Below are positions 1 through 12,383 of a DNA stretch of 38,433 bases, one piece after another. A program made the position numbers and the translations under genes. Numbering within the stretch: the stretch's first letter is position 1; each line of letters starts with the position of its first letter. The notes under the pieces are model-generated. The model saw only the letters and a program-made list of their open reading frames with translations. It was not told the DNA's origin and made no database searches. The stretch covers positions 3,820,610 through 3,859,042 of the forward strand of contig NC_068990.1 of the NCBI RefSeq assembly GCF_001194135.2. Direction: 5' to 3'. Origin of the DNA: Octopus bimaculoides (Eukaryota).

Positions 1-120
1 ATATATATATATATATATATATATACATACATACATACATACAAACGTTCATACGTGCATACATTCATGCATGCATAATGCATACATACATACATAAATG
101 CATACATACCTGTATATACA
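1..120. repeat. (TA)n/(TACA)n microsatellite
   Basis: Direct reading: atatat... then tacatacat... Confidence 0.95.
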
Positions 121-127
121 CGTACAT

Positions 128-260
128 GGTGGTTCAGAGCCTAATGGTGAGGAGGTTTACCCATGACCTTAGGGTCGTGGATTCGATTGCAAGACCACAA
201 GAGGCATTGTGTCATTGAGCTAGTCATTTTATTTCCAGCTGTTAATCGACTCTAGCCTAG
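128..260 (+). mobile_element. Degenerate tRNA-SINE head with CORE-like segment
   Basis: A-box-like gcctaatggtgag, B-box-like ggattcgattgc, then ttgtgtcattgagctagtcattttattt, resembling tgtgttcttgagcaatacactt in the SINE at 33530-33768. Confidence 0.5.
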
Positions 261-1379
261 TGCTTGTGCACTACATAGAACCTAAAACAAATATCGAAAG
301 ATTGGGAGAAACTATCAGTTTGTACTCGCTTGCTAGCTAAGCTTTGTATGCGTGTGCATGTATTTAAGTGTGTGTATGCAATTGTGTGTGTCTGTATGTG
401 TGTGTACACAAAAGTTGATGTAGATAAAGTCGGGAAAAGAATGAAGGAAAACGTATGTTAGCAATGATGTCGAAAAAATCAAAGTGATAAGGTGAGGGTA
501 AGAGGAATGAGTGAGAAACATAAAATGTTAGATGGAAATAAAAAAAAAAAACAATGAGATAAATAAAAAATGAATGGTATAGGACAAGGTTTGTACATGG
601 CAGTATGATCAAGTGTTGAAAGAGAATTGAAACAACAAAGATTGCAGATACGTTGAAGAAGATAAATAGAAGTGCGCTGTATAAAACTTCAGGCAAAACA
701 AAAGAAAGGCAAAATGAAAATTCTAAAGAACAGAGCTAAGTAATGGAAAGTCGATCAATGAACTTTTCTGGGGATGAAATAGATATTGAAGTAGCGATAC
801 AATATCGGTTTGGTTATCATTTTTCAGGAGAGTCAAAATATATATTTTTTTTTTTCTAATGTAAGACTGAAGTGAAACGTGTTTTTTTATAGGTGACATG
901 CTGGGCGGATGGTTTCCCTTTTCTATTGCATGGCCTTTTATCATCCAGTATGTCTATTGGCTTTACATTTTTTGTCTGTTCGAGTTATTCCCTCTTAACT
1001 CACTCTACCTCGTCTTAATTCGGTGTTTCTCATAGCCAGAGAGGAGGATGTAAGGGTTTAGAGAAATGGACGGACAAATTTCCAGGTTTCATAAAACCAA
1101 TATCGTTTTATACATTTTTATGCTTGATCCAACACCATGACGAAGTAATTTCACCGGACCCACCTCCAAAAAGGCCCCAAATCATTATTTTAATCGGTGT
1201 TTTTATTACAATTTCCTATACTATTTCTATGAAGGGCTTCATTCGAAACTTCGTTCATACTAACTAGTCATATCACATATGTTTGGCTTTGAGTTAATTT
1301 GATGGCTTATTAATAGAGTTTCCCATTACTCTTCAAAGTCAGAATGAGAGTACAATCATCTTAGGCAAAATGCCCACTG

Positions 1380-1460
1380 CATCATCTTAGTTAAAATGTG
1401 CACTACATAGTCACGGCTAAAACGCCTTTGGTCATAGATCTTATCAATCAAAGTTAACAT
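1380..1460 (-). repeat. Fragment of an unclassified interspersed repeat with a (CAA)n-type tail
   Basis: Reverse complement gatctatgaccaaaggcgttttagccgtgac resembles ttgtaatcaaagatgaccagcccggcc at ~37027. Related decayed pieces (tttagcccc..., gctatttctag motif) at 4020-4170, 6800-6895 and 23035-23175. Confidence 0.4.
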
Positions 1461-1724
1461 CGGATTCACCAATAACCACAAGTCTTCTGAAAATGTTGTT
1501 ATATTTATTTATTTGCGTTAGGTCTGTATTTATTTCAGTCATCACAGCTAAATCAATGTTGGAGTGCATCCTTTATATGTGATACGTTACATAAAAAAAA
1601 AGGTTGACAAATCGAATAGAAGCCATAAATATAATGAATTTGAATTTGATGTTGAGCAGAAATTAGTGGACTGGGAAATTTTAGAAGACAAAAAGTTATA
1701 TCTATTTTTACAAAGCATGGAGAA

Positions 1725-1825
<101 letters not shown>

Positions 1826-2306
1826 CTTACAAAATGTTTGGAAACATTGACTCAAATTAATATTACCACTGCTATGATATTTAATGTTCTGTGATGAGCA
1901 AGTATGTACAAACTTTCTTTCTATCTGCTTCTTATAGCAACTGTTTTAGGTGGGTGTAGGTTTTGTATGTATGTTTTTGATAATATTTCTACCAACATGT
2001 AAAATTCCTAGTCATTAACATGTTTATTGTCTTCATTCCACCAGGCTATATCAAGTCAAACTCTAACGATTTCTTTTGGTCCCATAATATGTTTCTCGTG
2101 GATTTTCTATGTGAGAATAAATAGCAAAGCAGGTTCTTCGCTACCTTTCTTCATGTGATTTTACAAAACTCTTGTAGCCTACTCACAACTCTGAAAGATT
2201 GAAAGAGAAGATAGAAAACTCAACACCAGTACTTTACTGGTACTTTATTAACCCTTCGAAAGAATAAACCTCAATGTTTACATGGATTGGATTCGATATT
2301 CTAGTG

Positions 2307-2471
2307 CAGTGGTTCCCAAACTTCTCACTACCAAGGACCCCTTTTATTTAAATGAGTTTTCACACGGACCCCAGGATATTGAAAGGTCTGTCAGCTTAAC
2401 ATGCTGACGAACCCCCGGTACTACCTTTGCGGACCACGAGGCTTCCGCAAACAACAAATTGCTAACCACTG
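2307..2471. mobile_element. hAT-Charlie-type MITE (165 bp)
   Basis: Left TIR CAGTGGTTCCCAAAC; right end reverse complement CAGTGGTTAGCAATT; 8-bp TSD ttctagtg (2299-2306) / ttctagcg (2472-2479), matching the nTCTAGAn-type target of Charlie elements. Confidence 0.85.
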
Positions 2472-4509
2472 TTCTAGCGTATAGAATAGGAACACATTCC
2501 AGTTCAGTTTCAGCAATGCACTAACAACGCTTCTATTTTACTGCCTAATCTTAATGTCCTCGTAAAGTTTTCATATATATTTTTCATTTTTAATATGATA
2601 TTCCAAACGCTTTCCTGATTGAAGGTATTTAGAAATCAAGAACTGAAATCAAGAAAAATCACGAAAATTTAATTTTGTGATTTTGATTCTTCATTTCCGA
2701 GAATATCGTTCTAATGATCAACGTTATTTTCGTTTTCCATCTCCAGCTAAGGGGGAAATTTCAGTTCACTGAGATCTTTAATTTTGTATTATTTTTATTT
2801 ATTTTTTACTCATTTATCTATTGCATATGTCATTCAGTACATCTCTACCAAACTTATTTACGCAAATTCATTTCCTTTGCCTACTTGAGTTAGCTCATTG
2901 CATGTTTTAATTACCCAACCAGCTACGGCATGTGTGATTAAAAAGAATAATCACAAAGAATGAAACATGTTTTGTGGTGCTTGTTGTTGTTTTTGCTCGA
3001 GTCAGTTGTTCTATTCTTGTTGATGCTTCTGGCTCTCGTGATGACGCTATTGTTTCTGTAAACATTAAGTGTTGCAATCCTATTCATTTCTTATAAAGAC
3101 CTTGATGTGAAAAGAAGAAAACTTTTATGATGTTTTTTTTTAACACATTCGATTTTTTCCTATCTATTATATAACTGAATATATCATTGTATACATGACT
3201 TCGTTTTCTTGAAAACTGGGAAATTTCATAAGTCTGCGAGATGGAAATTTTTGAAAATTGTTTTCATAATTGTATTTCTATTTATATATTTCAGTGATTC
3301 TAATTCGAAATATGAAAAAAGATTTCTCCCATTAGCTAAGATTTTCTCACAATTTAATGGTAAAATATATCATTATTTGTAGGAAAATCCAGATATGGCA
3401 GGACAACGTGAAACTAATAAAAATGAAATTGGTACTTTATTTAGCAAAATAAAACGGCACAAATGCAACCAAAAGGGGATAAAATAGAATGGAACATTCC
3501 GTCTTTTTAGGTTCAATACTTTCAAATCTCTTCTTCACTGAGAAACTACGCCTGGAACGTTTTCGCTTGTGAGCATTTGATGGACATCCACAATGCAGCA
3601 TCTAGTAGTATTCAGCCATTATATTGGCATTCCATCTGCCTTGATATCTTCTTTCCATTTCATGATGGATAGGTATTTTATTAGTTTGTAATATTAGAAA
3701 TTCTTATTCGAATTCTTACATGGACTTTTCTCATATGGGAAATGTTCACCATGAGCTATATTTTCAATCAGTCCTAAAAGTATTCGCGGAACACGCACCT
3801 ACGATTTCTACACAACCTGGAAGATTCAAATATTTATTATATCCTCACTATATTTGGAACCCTGTTGGAGAAAGCGCGGTGCTTAGACTGGTACATTTTG
3901 TAGTAATACATACTTTATGTGATTATAATCATTTGTGGCAGCAAAACATAAACATTGAATGAAAAACATATGCGTATATGTCTCTGCTGCATTTGTCATT
4001 TTCGTCGACGACGTCATCGTTGTTGTTGTTGCTGTTGTTGTTGTTCTTTAGCCCCAAGTAAAACCTTCCGCTCTTCATTATCCCATCGTTATTATACAGG
4101 GAAATGGTGAGGCCTACCAGTTTGATTTAATAAATATTTAACTGCTATTTCTAGTCGTGCTAAATGACTTCTTAGAACTGTCTTCATTTGTATATACACA
4201 TATTGATGAACGAACTGAAACAGCTGCGTTGGATATGAAATGTCAAATAACAAGAAAGATAAAGAAAAGTATTGTTTTCAGTAAGTAAACATAAATCAAA
4301 AATACCTGCGAAGTTGATGACTTCGAATAAATTTGTAAGTTGTGTGTTTTAAGAGACTAGAGGAAAAGAAATCTGATGTTTCGAGTTTGACCCTTCGTTT
4401 GAGAAGGAAAAAAAACTCTCTTCAACTGAAATTTCTCTCACAAGAAACATCTCGAAAGCTCAAAATTCTCTTCGCCACTATCCCCACCGCCTTAATAACA
4501 AAATACGAA

Positions 4510-4530
4510 GTGTATGTGTGTGTGTGTGTG

Positions 4531-4568
<38 letters not shown>

Positions 4569-4583
4569 TGTGTGTGTGTGTGT
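4510..4583. repeat. (GT)n microsatellite, interrupted
   Basis: Direct reading. Confidence 0.95.
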
Positions 4584-4799
4584 TAGTTATGTATTGTAAC
4601 CTCCATCGGGTAGCAGTTCATTTCATCACGATTTTTCCTATGCACGACTTCTCTTTCTACGCCATCGATGTTATCCCGAATAAACGCTATTGCTTTAGTG
4701 TCGGTACAGCCGGGTAGCAGCATCCTTTCAGGTGTTGTTGTCAAAACGCAAAATATTGCAAAAGATACCGTAGTGCATTTCACCCAACGCTATAGCAGT

Positions 4800-5213
4800 T
4801 TTACTAACCCCACGGCTCAGGATCGTGAATCTTTATTGATTTCTGTAAGGATTAAAGTAACAACCAGCCTTCGTGTGATTTGAACTTTGTGAATCGGAAT
4901 AAATGTCATAAGTCATTCTTCACAACGCTTTGTTGTTTCTGCTAGTTGACTGTTTAGAATTATCTGACACACATAGCAGTGAAAAATACGTTCCGCTATT
5001 GGTGAATCTCGAAAGATTGAAATTCGCTTCACCACCATCTCTACCGCATACGAACTTACTGAAACTTTTGAGTTTCATTGAAAAACTTTTGTCTAAGAAC
5101 CACCACCCTTAGTGTGATTTGAACTTTGAAAATCGGAGTAAGTGTCATAGGTCATTCTACACAACACTCTAACGTGTCTGCCAGTTGGCTTTTTTGAATT
5201 ATCTGACACACAT
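4800..5213 (-). mobile_element. Two decayed family-B SINE copies sharing 5' flank (local duplication)
   Basis: 4868-4974 and 5107-5213 align; reverse complement gccaactggcagacacgttag...aagttcaaatc resembles the family-B head ggtgagctggcagaaacgttaac...gagtttaaattcc at 37857. Confidence 0.55.
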
Positions 5214-6439
5214 TTTGCTGATAGTTGATGATATTGTGTTGGTGCATAATTATTGCGGCTTTTTGTTTTCAATAAATTTTATTCAACAAAAACAATAACA
5301 ACATGTAACAAAAACATCCGAGCATATTCACCACCTACTTCAATTACTGTCTCTCATTTCCTTGGCAGACGGTCAGACCGTCATTTAAAGATGTTTTCGT
5401 TAAATATTGTTATTGTTTTGTTGAATAAAATTTGATGAAAGAAAGTCGCAATAATTATGCACCAACCCAATAATATAGTGTTTGAGACAAAGGCACAGAA
5501 AGAAAATCATAATTTTAGTTAAATAAAAATTCACATTTTATTTAAATACTATCATAATTAAAGTAATAAAACAAAAATATTTCAATTTTTTATTAAATGA
5601 CAATGCGTGACCTGTACACAATTTATAAACGATGGCATTAGACATACGTGAATGCAAACAATTTTCATTTAATTTATTGAGTAAAGTAAAACGATGAAAC
5701 AAACATTTTAAGTCAGTCATTCATTGAGAATAAATATGTACAGATTGGAATCAACTTACATAGCATGGTGGCATTCCATGTATATTCAATATTTCTAATG
5801 TCGAGGACTAAGACGAATATTCCAGCCGACACTACTAATGCCTCGGTCTTGTGGTTCTCCAATGTATTTCCAATGCTTTTTGCTTGTGGATTTTTTTGTG
5901 ATATGTTTTCCTGTACCTTTTCCTCTGACTTTTTCCTGGATTCGATACTATAATGTCGTCTTGGCTATCCACGTCGATGCTACAAACAACGAGACATGCA
6001 TAGTAAAAAAAAATATTTTGCGGGGGAAATACTGTATAATACTTGCAGTATTGTTGATAGAATAGGAGGAAAAAATTAAATATGTTTGCATAAGTGAAAT
6101 TATTCATTCACAGACGTGGAAACAGGATGATGGGATATGAAGGAAACTGTTACAAAAGGCACAGTCCTTCTTCAATATATATTGCAGTAAAATCATGCAT
6201 ATTAACATGCTAGATTGTGTAGGGTGGTGAGAACTTTATTGCGCTGGTGTTTTGCTACTGGTTGACTGTAATCGAGTAGACTCAAATCATGCAACGGATT
6301 AATTGTGACCATGCATCCAGTATTTTGCATACCTGGGATCACAATGTTTATTCTGTTCTTTGTTTAATGCTGCAAAGTTTCTCAATGGTATGACCTTAAA
6401 CTGCATCCGCTAGCGCGGCCCTGGTTCGAGGATTCCAGG

Positions 6440-6800
6440 ATTTTGAAGAGAGTAGAACCATATTTCAGCCTCCATTTTACCCAGGTTACATCTGACCCGG
6501 AGTAGTAGCACCTGTCAGGCTCCCAGCTATGGGTTAATTAGCGTATTATGGATTGCCTACACATACATCTGAAAACTAGATCCGGCTGAATCATCGATGA
6601 AGGCGGCTGCAGTAACACATAGTAGAATGCAGAGAGCCAGAGAAAGAAAGTTAGATATCTTGGTCGGCCCCTGCATATTTTTCCAATCCCTGTAGCTTTA
6701 ACGTGATCTTCCAGCTGGACTGAAGATGACCACGGACAAGAGTGTGAGGTTGATGGTGCACAAATCTTCATTTTTGATTCAGTCAACTCATACATCAATA
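6440..6800 (-). mobile_element. Probable RTE-clade LINE 3' remnant
   Basis: Minus ORF contains GKICRGRP (RTE C-terminal G-x-R-x-R-G-R-P like). It is followed on the same strand by ttaacccatagctgggagcctgacaggtgctactactccgggtca, which I recall as an RTE-type 3' UTR motif. Confidence 0.35.
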
Positions 6801-7071
6801 GTCATCCTTAACGATCACTTCATGGTCCTCGTTGCTCTGAGGAACGAACAGGAATATAGTTTGATCTCAGGGAAGTTTAGCTGCTACTTCTAGCTACTTA
6901 GGCGACTGTGTTGTGATTCTTTTTTTAACTTCATTGTAGCAGTATTGGATAAGTGACCTTAGTATGTTTGTGTGTGTGTGAGTGTCTGTGTGTGTATGCT
7001 TGCGTGCGCGTGAACATTCTGTGTCTATATACATGTATGAATGTATGGGTGTGTGAGTGTGTGTGTGTATG

Positions 7072-7225
7072 ATTGTACCCCACCACTGCTTGGCACGTGG
7101 TGTTGGTTTGTTTACGTCCCCGTAACCTTGCAGTTCGACAAGACACTGATAGAATAAATAACAGCTTTTACTCAACTTGTTCGACTAAATCATTCTCTGT
7201 GGTATTCCAGCTAGGCTGGACTCAG
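7072..7225 (+). mobile_element. Family-A SINE 3' half, decayed
   Basis: gtttacgtccccgtaacc...gatagaataa...ttcgactaaa aligns to 12630-12725. Confidence 0.7.
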
Positions 7226-7242
7226 ATGTCAGGAGGGAATAA

Positions 7243-7510
7243 TAGATAGATAGATAGATAGATAGATACATACATACATACATACATACATACATACATA
7301 CATACATTGACGGACGGTTAGGTAGGTAGGTAGGTAGGTAGGTAGGTAGGTAGGTAGGTGGGTGGATCGATGAATAGATAGATAGTTAGATAGATAGATA
7401 CATACATACATACATGCATACAGACAGACAGACAGACAGACATACACTCACACACGCGCACGCATACGCACACGCACACGCACACGCACACATACACACA
7501 TACACATATC
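7243..7510. repeat. Compound (GATA)n/(TACA)n/(TAGG)n/(GACA)n/(CA)n microsatellite
   Basis: Direct reading. Confidence 0.95.
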
Positions 7511-7880
7511 TATGTGCTTAGATGAAAATTAATAAATCAAACGAACTCGGTCTGTTGCTGCCAACACCTCTCATGTTTTTCAACAGTTCACTAATTAACT
7601 ATTAAAATAATCTTAATGAAATAGCATTGATTCAAGGCAAAATTAATTGAAATCTAATAAGAGATAAGATTTGGAAGTGAAATCCACAGAGCATTACGAG
7701 TAGCTCTGAAGTTTCTCATGAGAAGCTATTTTACAACGAAGCGTATCTTCGTTCGTATTTGCTTTTCTGTTTCGATCAAAGATACCTATACCATATATCA
7801 AACGAACGTTGAAGTGAACTATGACATTTGTCTCTTTTGATTCAGTTGTCAAACTACCACCGTCATCACTGTCCTCACTT

Positions 7881-7921
7881 ACACACACGCACACGCACAC
7901 ACACACACTCTCTCTCTCTCT

Positions 7922-7958
<37 letters not shown>

Positions 7959-8006
7959 CATACATACATACATACATACATACATACATACATACATACA
8001 TACATA
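7881..8006. repeat. Compound (CA)n/(CT)n/(TA)n/(TACA)n microsatellite
   Basis: Direct reading. Confidence 0.95.
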
Positions 8007-8682
8007 CGAACATGTCTATCTACCGCTTTTGGTGTGTCACACATAATTATCTCTCTGTTCCACTAAGCCAGAAAGAGATACAACCAGGCACAGACACATA
8101 AAGTTAGGAAAACTAAACCAAATCCAGAGGTAGGAGATAAACAGAATTGACGTCACATAAATATACCACAGCCATCATTGCTCTACCTCTTCTTGCCCGC
8201 TGATTCTTTCTCTATTCGGCAGTTGCATACTTCCAGAAGGAGAGAGACAGATTTACAAATGTATTCTATTTCACCACCATCACCTTTCTTGATAAGTAGT
8301 AAGTTCTGGTTTGAAGTTTTGGCTGTTATTTCTCAGAATAAATTCTCAGGACAATATACGTATATAGTTCTCTAGATGTTCGTTTTGAAGTTACTGATTT
8401 CATTATCATTACAACCATAATTATTAGAACAAATAAACTTTATTCTGATAATTGTTATGGCAGAGGTAGTCGTATTTGTCTCCATTTCCTCCATTCATGT
8501 CATCTCGAACAAAACAAAATGCCTCTTGTATATACAGTTGCAATAAAACATTCCCACGCACAATGTTACGGCATGTGATCATATCATGATTCTTTGAACA
8601 TGTACCCCAGGATTTACAATACATACATAATTTTATACACATATATATTTTCATTTACCTTTTAGTTGTTTCAGTTATATAT

Positions 8683-9624
8683 NNNNNNNNNNNNNNNNNN
8701 NNNNNNNNNNNNNNNNNNNNNNNNNNNNNNNNNNNNNNNNNNNNNNNNNNNNNNNNNNNNNNNNNNNNNNNNNNNNNNNNNNNNNNNNNNNNNNNNNNNN
8801 NNNNNNNNNNNNNNNNNNNNNNNNNNNNNNNNNNNNNNNNNNNNNNNNNNNNNNNNNNNNNNNNNNNNNNNNNNNNNNNNNNNNNNNNNNNNNNNNNNNN
8901 NNNNNNNNNNNNNNNNNNNNNNNNNNNNNNNNNNNNNNNNNNNNNNNNNNNNNNNNNNNNNNNNNNNNNNNNNNNNNNNNNNNNNNNNNNNNNNNNNNNN
9001 NNNNNNNNNNNNNNNNNNNNNNNNNNNNNNNNNNNNNNNNNNNNNNNNNNNNNNNNNNNNNNNNNNNNNNNNNNNNNNNNNNNNNNNNNNNNNNNNNNNN
9101 NNNNNNNNNNNNNNNNNNNNNNNNNNNNNNNNNNNNNNNNNNNNNNNNNNNNNNNNNNNNNNNNNNNNNNNNNNNNNNNNNNNNNNNNNNNNNNNNNNNN
9201 NNNNNNNNNNNNNNNNNNNNNNNNNNNNNNNNNNNNNNNNNNNNNNNNNNNNNNNNNNNNNNNNNNNNNNNNNNNNNNNNNNNNNNNNNNNNNNNNNNNN
9301 NNNNNNNNNNNNNNNNNNNNNNNNNNNNNNNNNNNNNNNNNNNNNNNNNNNNNNNNNNNNNNNNNNNNNNNNNNNNNNNNNNNNNNNNNNNNNNNNNNNN
9401 NNNNNNNNNNNNNNNNNNNNNNNNNNNNNNNNNNNNNNNNNNNNNNNNNNNNNNNNNNNNNNNNNNNNNNNNNNNNNNNNNNNNNNNNNNNNNNNNNNNN
9501 NNNNNNNNNNNNNNNNNNNNNNNNNNNNNNNNNNNNNNNNNNNNNNNNNNNNNNNNNNNNNNNNNNNNNNNNNNNNNNNNNNNNNNNNNNNNNNNNNNNN
9601 NNNNNNNNNNNNNNNNNNNNNNNN
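8683..9624. other. Assembly gap (N). Further gaps at 14608-14847, 18170-18327, 28742-28751, 29677-30498, 32308-32440, 33305-33314
   Basis: Runs of n, each abutting a TA- or TAA-type simple repeat on at least one side. Confidence 1.
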
Positions 9625-9747
9625 GATTCTTTCTTGTGTGGAGATTATGTCTTTACATTGATAGAAAGGGAATATAATGAATTTAGGGTTTTTGTTTCTG
9701 GCGCAAGAGTCTATGTGGCCACTGAGTGGAATTTGGCGGTATTGAGG

Positions 9748-9749
<2 letters not shown>

Positions 9750-9801
<52 letters not shown>

Positions 9802-9860
9802 CATATATGTGTATGTATATATATACATATAAATATATATATACACATATACATATATAC

Positions 9861-9906
<46 letters not shown>

Positions 9907-10088
9907 TCACATAAAAAATATACAACGGTTTTCCGTAAAGTTTCCGCCAACCAAATTTATTCACAATGAACTAGGTGTCACGGGGCTGTAGTAGAAGTCA
10001 CTTGCCTAAGGGGCCGCAGCGTGGAGCTGAATTCAGAGACCTCCTGGTTGCAAAAAGGGCTTCTTAACCCTACAGCCTTGCCTACTCC
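9750..10088 (-). mobile_element. Family-A SINE 5' half plus expanded internal microsatellite
   Basis: Reverse complement ggagtaggcaaggctgtagggttaagaag...ccccttaggcaagtgacttctactacagcc...ttggcggaaact aligns to 12384-12545, then runs into (TA)n/(CA)n. Confidence 0.75.
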
Positions 10089-11502
10089 TAATTATAATTC
10101 GTAATGTCACGATTCGAATTTTTTTTCGTTGTGCATTTATTATCCACTCTCGACACTAAACAGTATTGTATTCAATAAAACCTCAGTTGTTGACCAGGAG
10201 TTATGAGCAGTTGTTATCATAAGCTTGACAGGGATTTTATGCCAAACCCTCTACAAGGTTAGTCCTTATTTAAGATTACAAAAGCTACTGTTAGTTTTAT
10301 TGACGAAGCAGCTGTGTTCATTACATGAAATGCTGTATTACTAGCGGTCTGCCATATTCCGTACTCTTTCACTGTTATGTTAAAATTGATTACTACCATA
10401 TAAGCTTAATTTAAAACTATTTGCTCTTATTCACATTATAGCTATTATAGATATTGTGAAAGTATCTTATACAATACATCTATTTTACAAAAGATAATTA
10501 CTAAACACAACTTCATAATTACTATACACAACATATAAAGATCCAAACATTAAAAATAAGCTATTTTATTAACTATAAAGTGAATGGCCATATATATATA
10601 TATACATATATTCATCGGCTTAAAACCGTTTAAGCGTTATTAAATATAACTCCAAAATATAAATATGACTAAATTATAACGTAACAAGGGTGGTAGAATA
10701 AATTATGTTTATTAGAATGTTCAATTCATTTGCTATTGTATTGCAAATATTCTATGAAAATTAAACTCTCAAGTTTTGTAGTGATACAAAACCGACCACA
10801 AACCTCTTAGATAATCTATTTGACTTTATTATTGTGTTTTACTATTAAGTTTGAAGCTATAATGAACGCTACTGATCATGACTGCTTAGTTATTAACAGT
10901 ATACGCATATGTGTGTGTGTGTATTTGTGTGTGTATGCATGTATGTGTGCGTGCGCGCGTGAGATCAAGCCTATACCTGCTGGTGTCAATATATACATAT
11001 ACATAAAATTATTATGCCATATTCTTTTACTTTTGCTCTGTTATTGGTTGCAATCATTTGGCTGCAGCAGCTATACTGGGACAACGAATTCAAGGTTTTA
11101 GTCACTCAAATTCAACCCATTTATTTATTATGAAATCTGTAAACCATTGTATTGCTAAGCTAACGTACCCGACTCACACAAACACATATATTACATGTAA
11201 CCATAGACAACTAGACTTCATCCACAACCATTGATCTGAAGTTTTATACAAGAAGTAGTTCTATTGGTATATCTCAGTATGATTGTACTTTGGTGATGTC
11301 CTTTATGCTCTCAGTAACCCATGGTTCTTTCTGTTTCGAAAATCTGAAGGATATGCGACTGGACAGGAAGACAGTAATACCAACCTAGCACATTGCTTCT
11401 TTGTGAATGATCTGAAAATATATGCTAATAGAATGGATGGTATGAAGGAAAGTGTTGACTTAATTTCCATATTTATAAAAGATATTGGAATGAAGTTTGG
11501 TT

Positions 11503-12009
11503 AGGTCAGATGATCTGTAGCGCGGCTTCTGTTGAGAGCTCAGAGCCTCTCCATATCAGCATAAGTACATAAGTATATTTCTGAATAAACCATAAACGCC
11601 CCCATGTACAGGATACGACTAATCAGCCATATCCGACTCGTAGTAATTGACACAGTGAACTGCGAAGGAAGTGAGTGACTTTTCCCACCAAATAGCACTG
11701 CTGAAACTTATATAAGCTTAATTAAGGGTAATAAAAATGCTGGCAAATTGAACCCCATGTAGAATCATCTACACGGAGCTTTGTCGCTCTAGTCCGAGAG
11801 AATACCTCCCATCCTCTGCTACGTTTCCTTGTAGAATGACCTGAGATGCTACTTGAAGCTATGTAAGTCGGATTCGTTATGTGGCATTCTCATTCTTTCA
11901 ACTCGATTTCTTCTCAACAAGTACGAACTGTCTTCGTAATACTATTTAGCATATTATACAGTACTTATTTCATTCTACGTTTTTCGAATTCTGCTGTTTA
12001 TTCAATGGT

Positions 12010-12044
<35 letters not shown>

Positions 12045-12180
12045 ATGCAGATGTTCCAGTTTAATAAATATGTGTGAGAATTAATGCCAACGTTATTCTG
12101 GCCATTATAAACGTAACAACACGCAGCCCGCCAAATGTTGTTATTCATCAATAACAATTTCACAAAGATAATACCTCATT
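11503..12180. mobile_element. Unclassified ~680-bp insertion inside the RT remnant
   Basis: Separates ...IGMKFG from CSYVILTR, which are almost adjacent in R4-type RTs; contains an internal (TA)n. Confidence 0.55.
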
Positions 12181-12383
12181 TATGTTCTTACGTGATTTTA
12201 ACACGCGAGGAAGAACTCCATCTAGTAACATTACCTTATCTATTAAAATTAGCTGATGAAAAATATCACCGTTACTTAGACATAGATGAAAATATCTTCA
12301 ACGATGGAACTTGTAAGGAAGGGCTTCTGGCCAGAAAATGAAGTAAGGAAATACTTTTCAAACCTTTCCATTTTCAATAAATA

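Noticed and set aside
3295-3490. Apparent exon-GT...AG-exon arrangement
   Set aside because: The putative intron is only 23 nt and read-through hits TAG; no homology recognised.
7694-8044. Minus ORF ending DSDDGGSLTTESKETNVIVHF...KLQSYS
   Set aside because: Starts in a microsatellite and overlaps the gacaactga repeat also seen at 14880; no acceptor in front of it.
8666-9906. Long ORFs containing X runs (also 14498, 18134, 29502-30634, 32210)
   Set aside because: They span assembly gaps; N codons cannot be called as stops.
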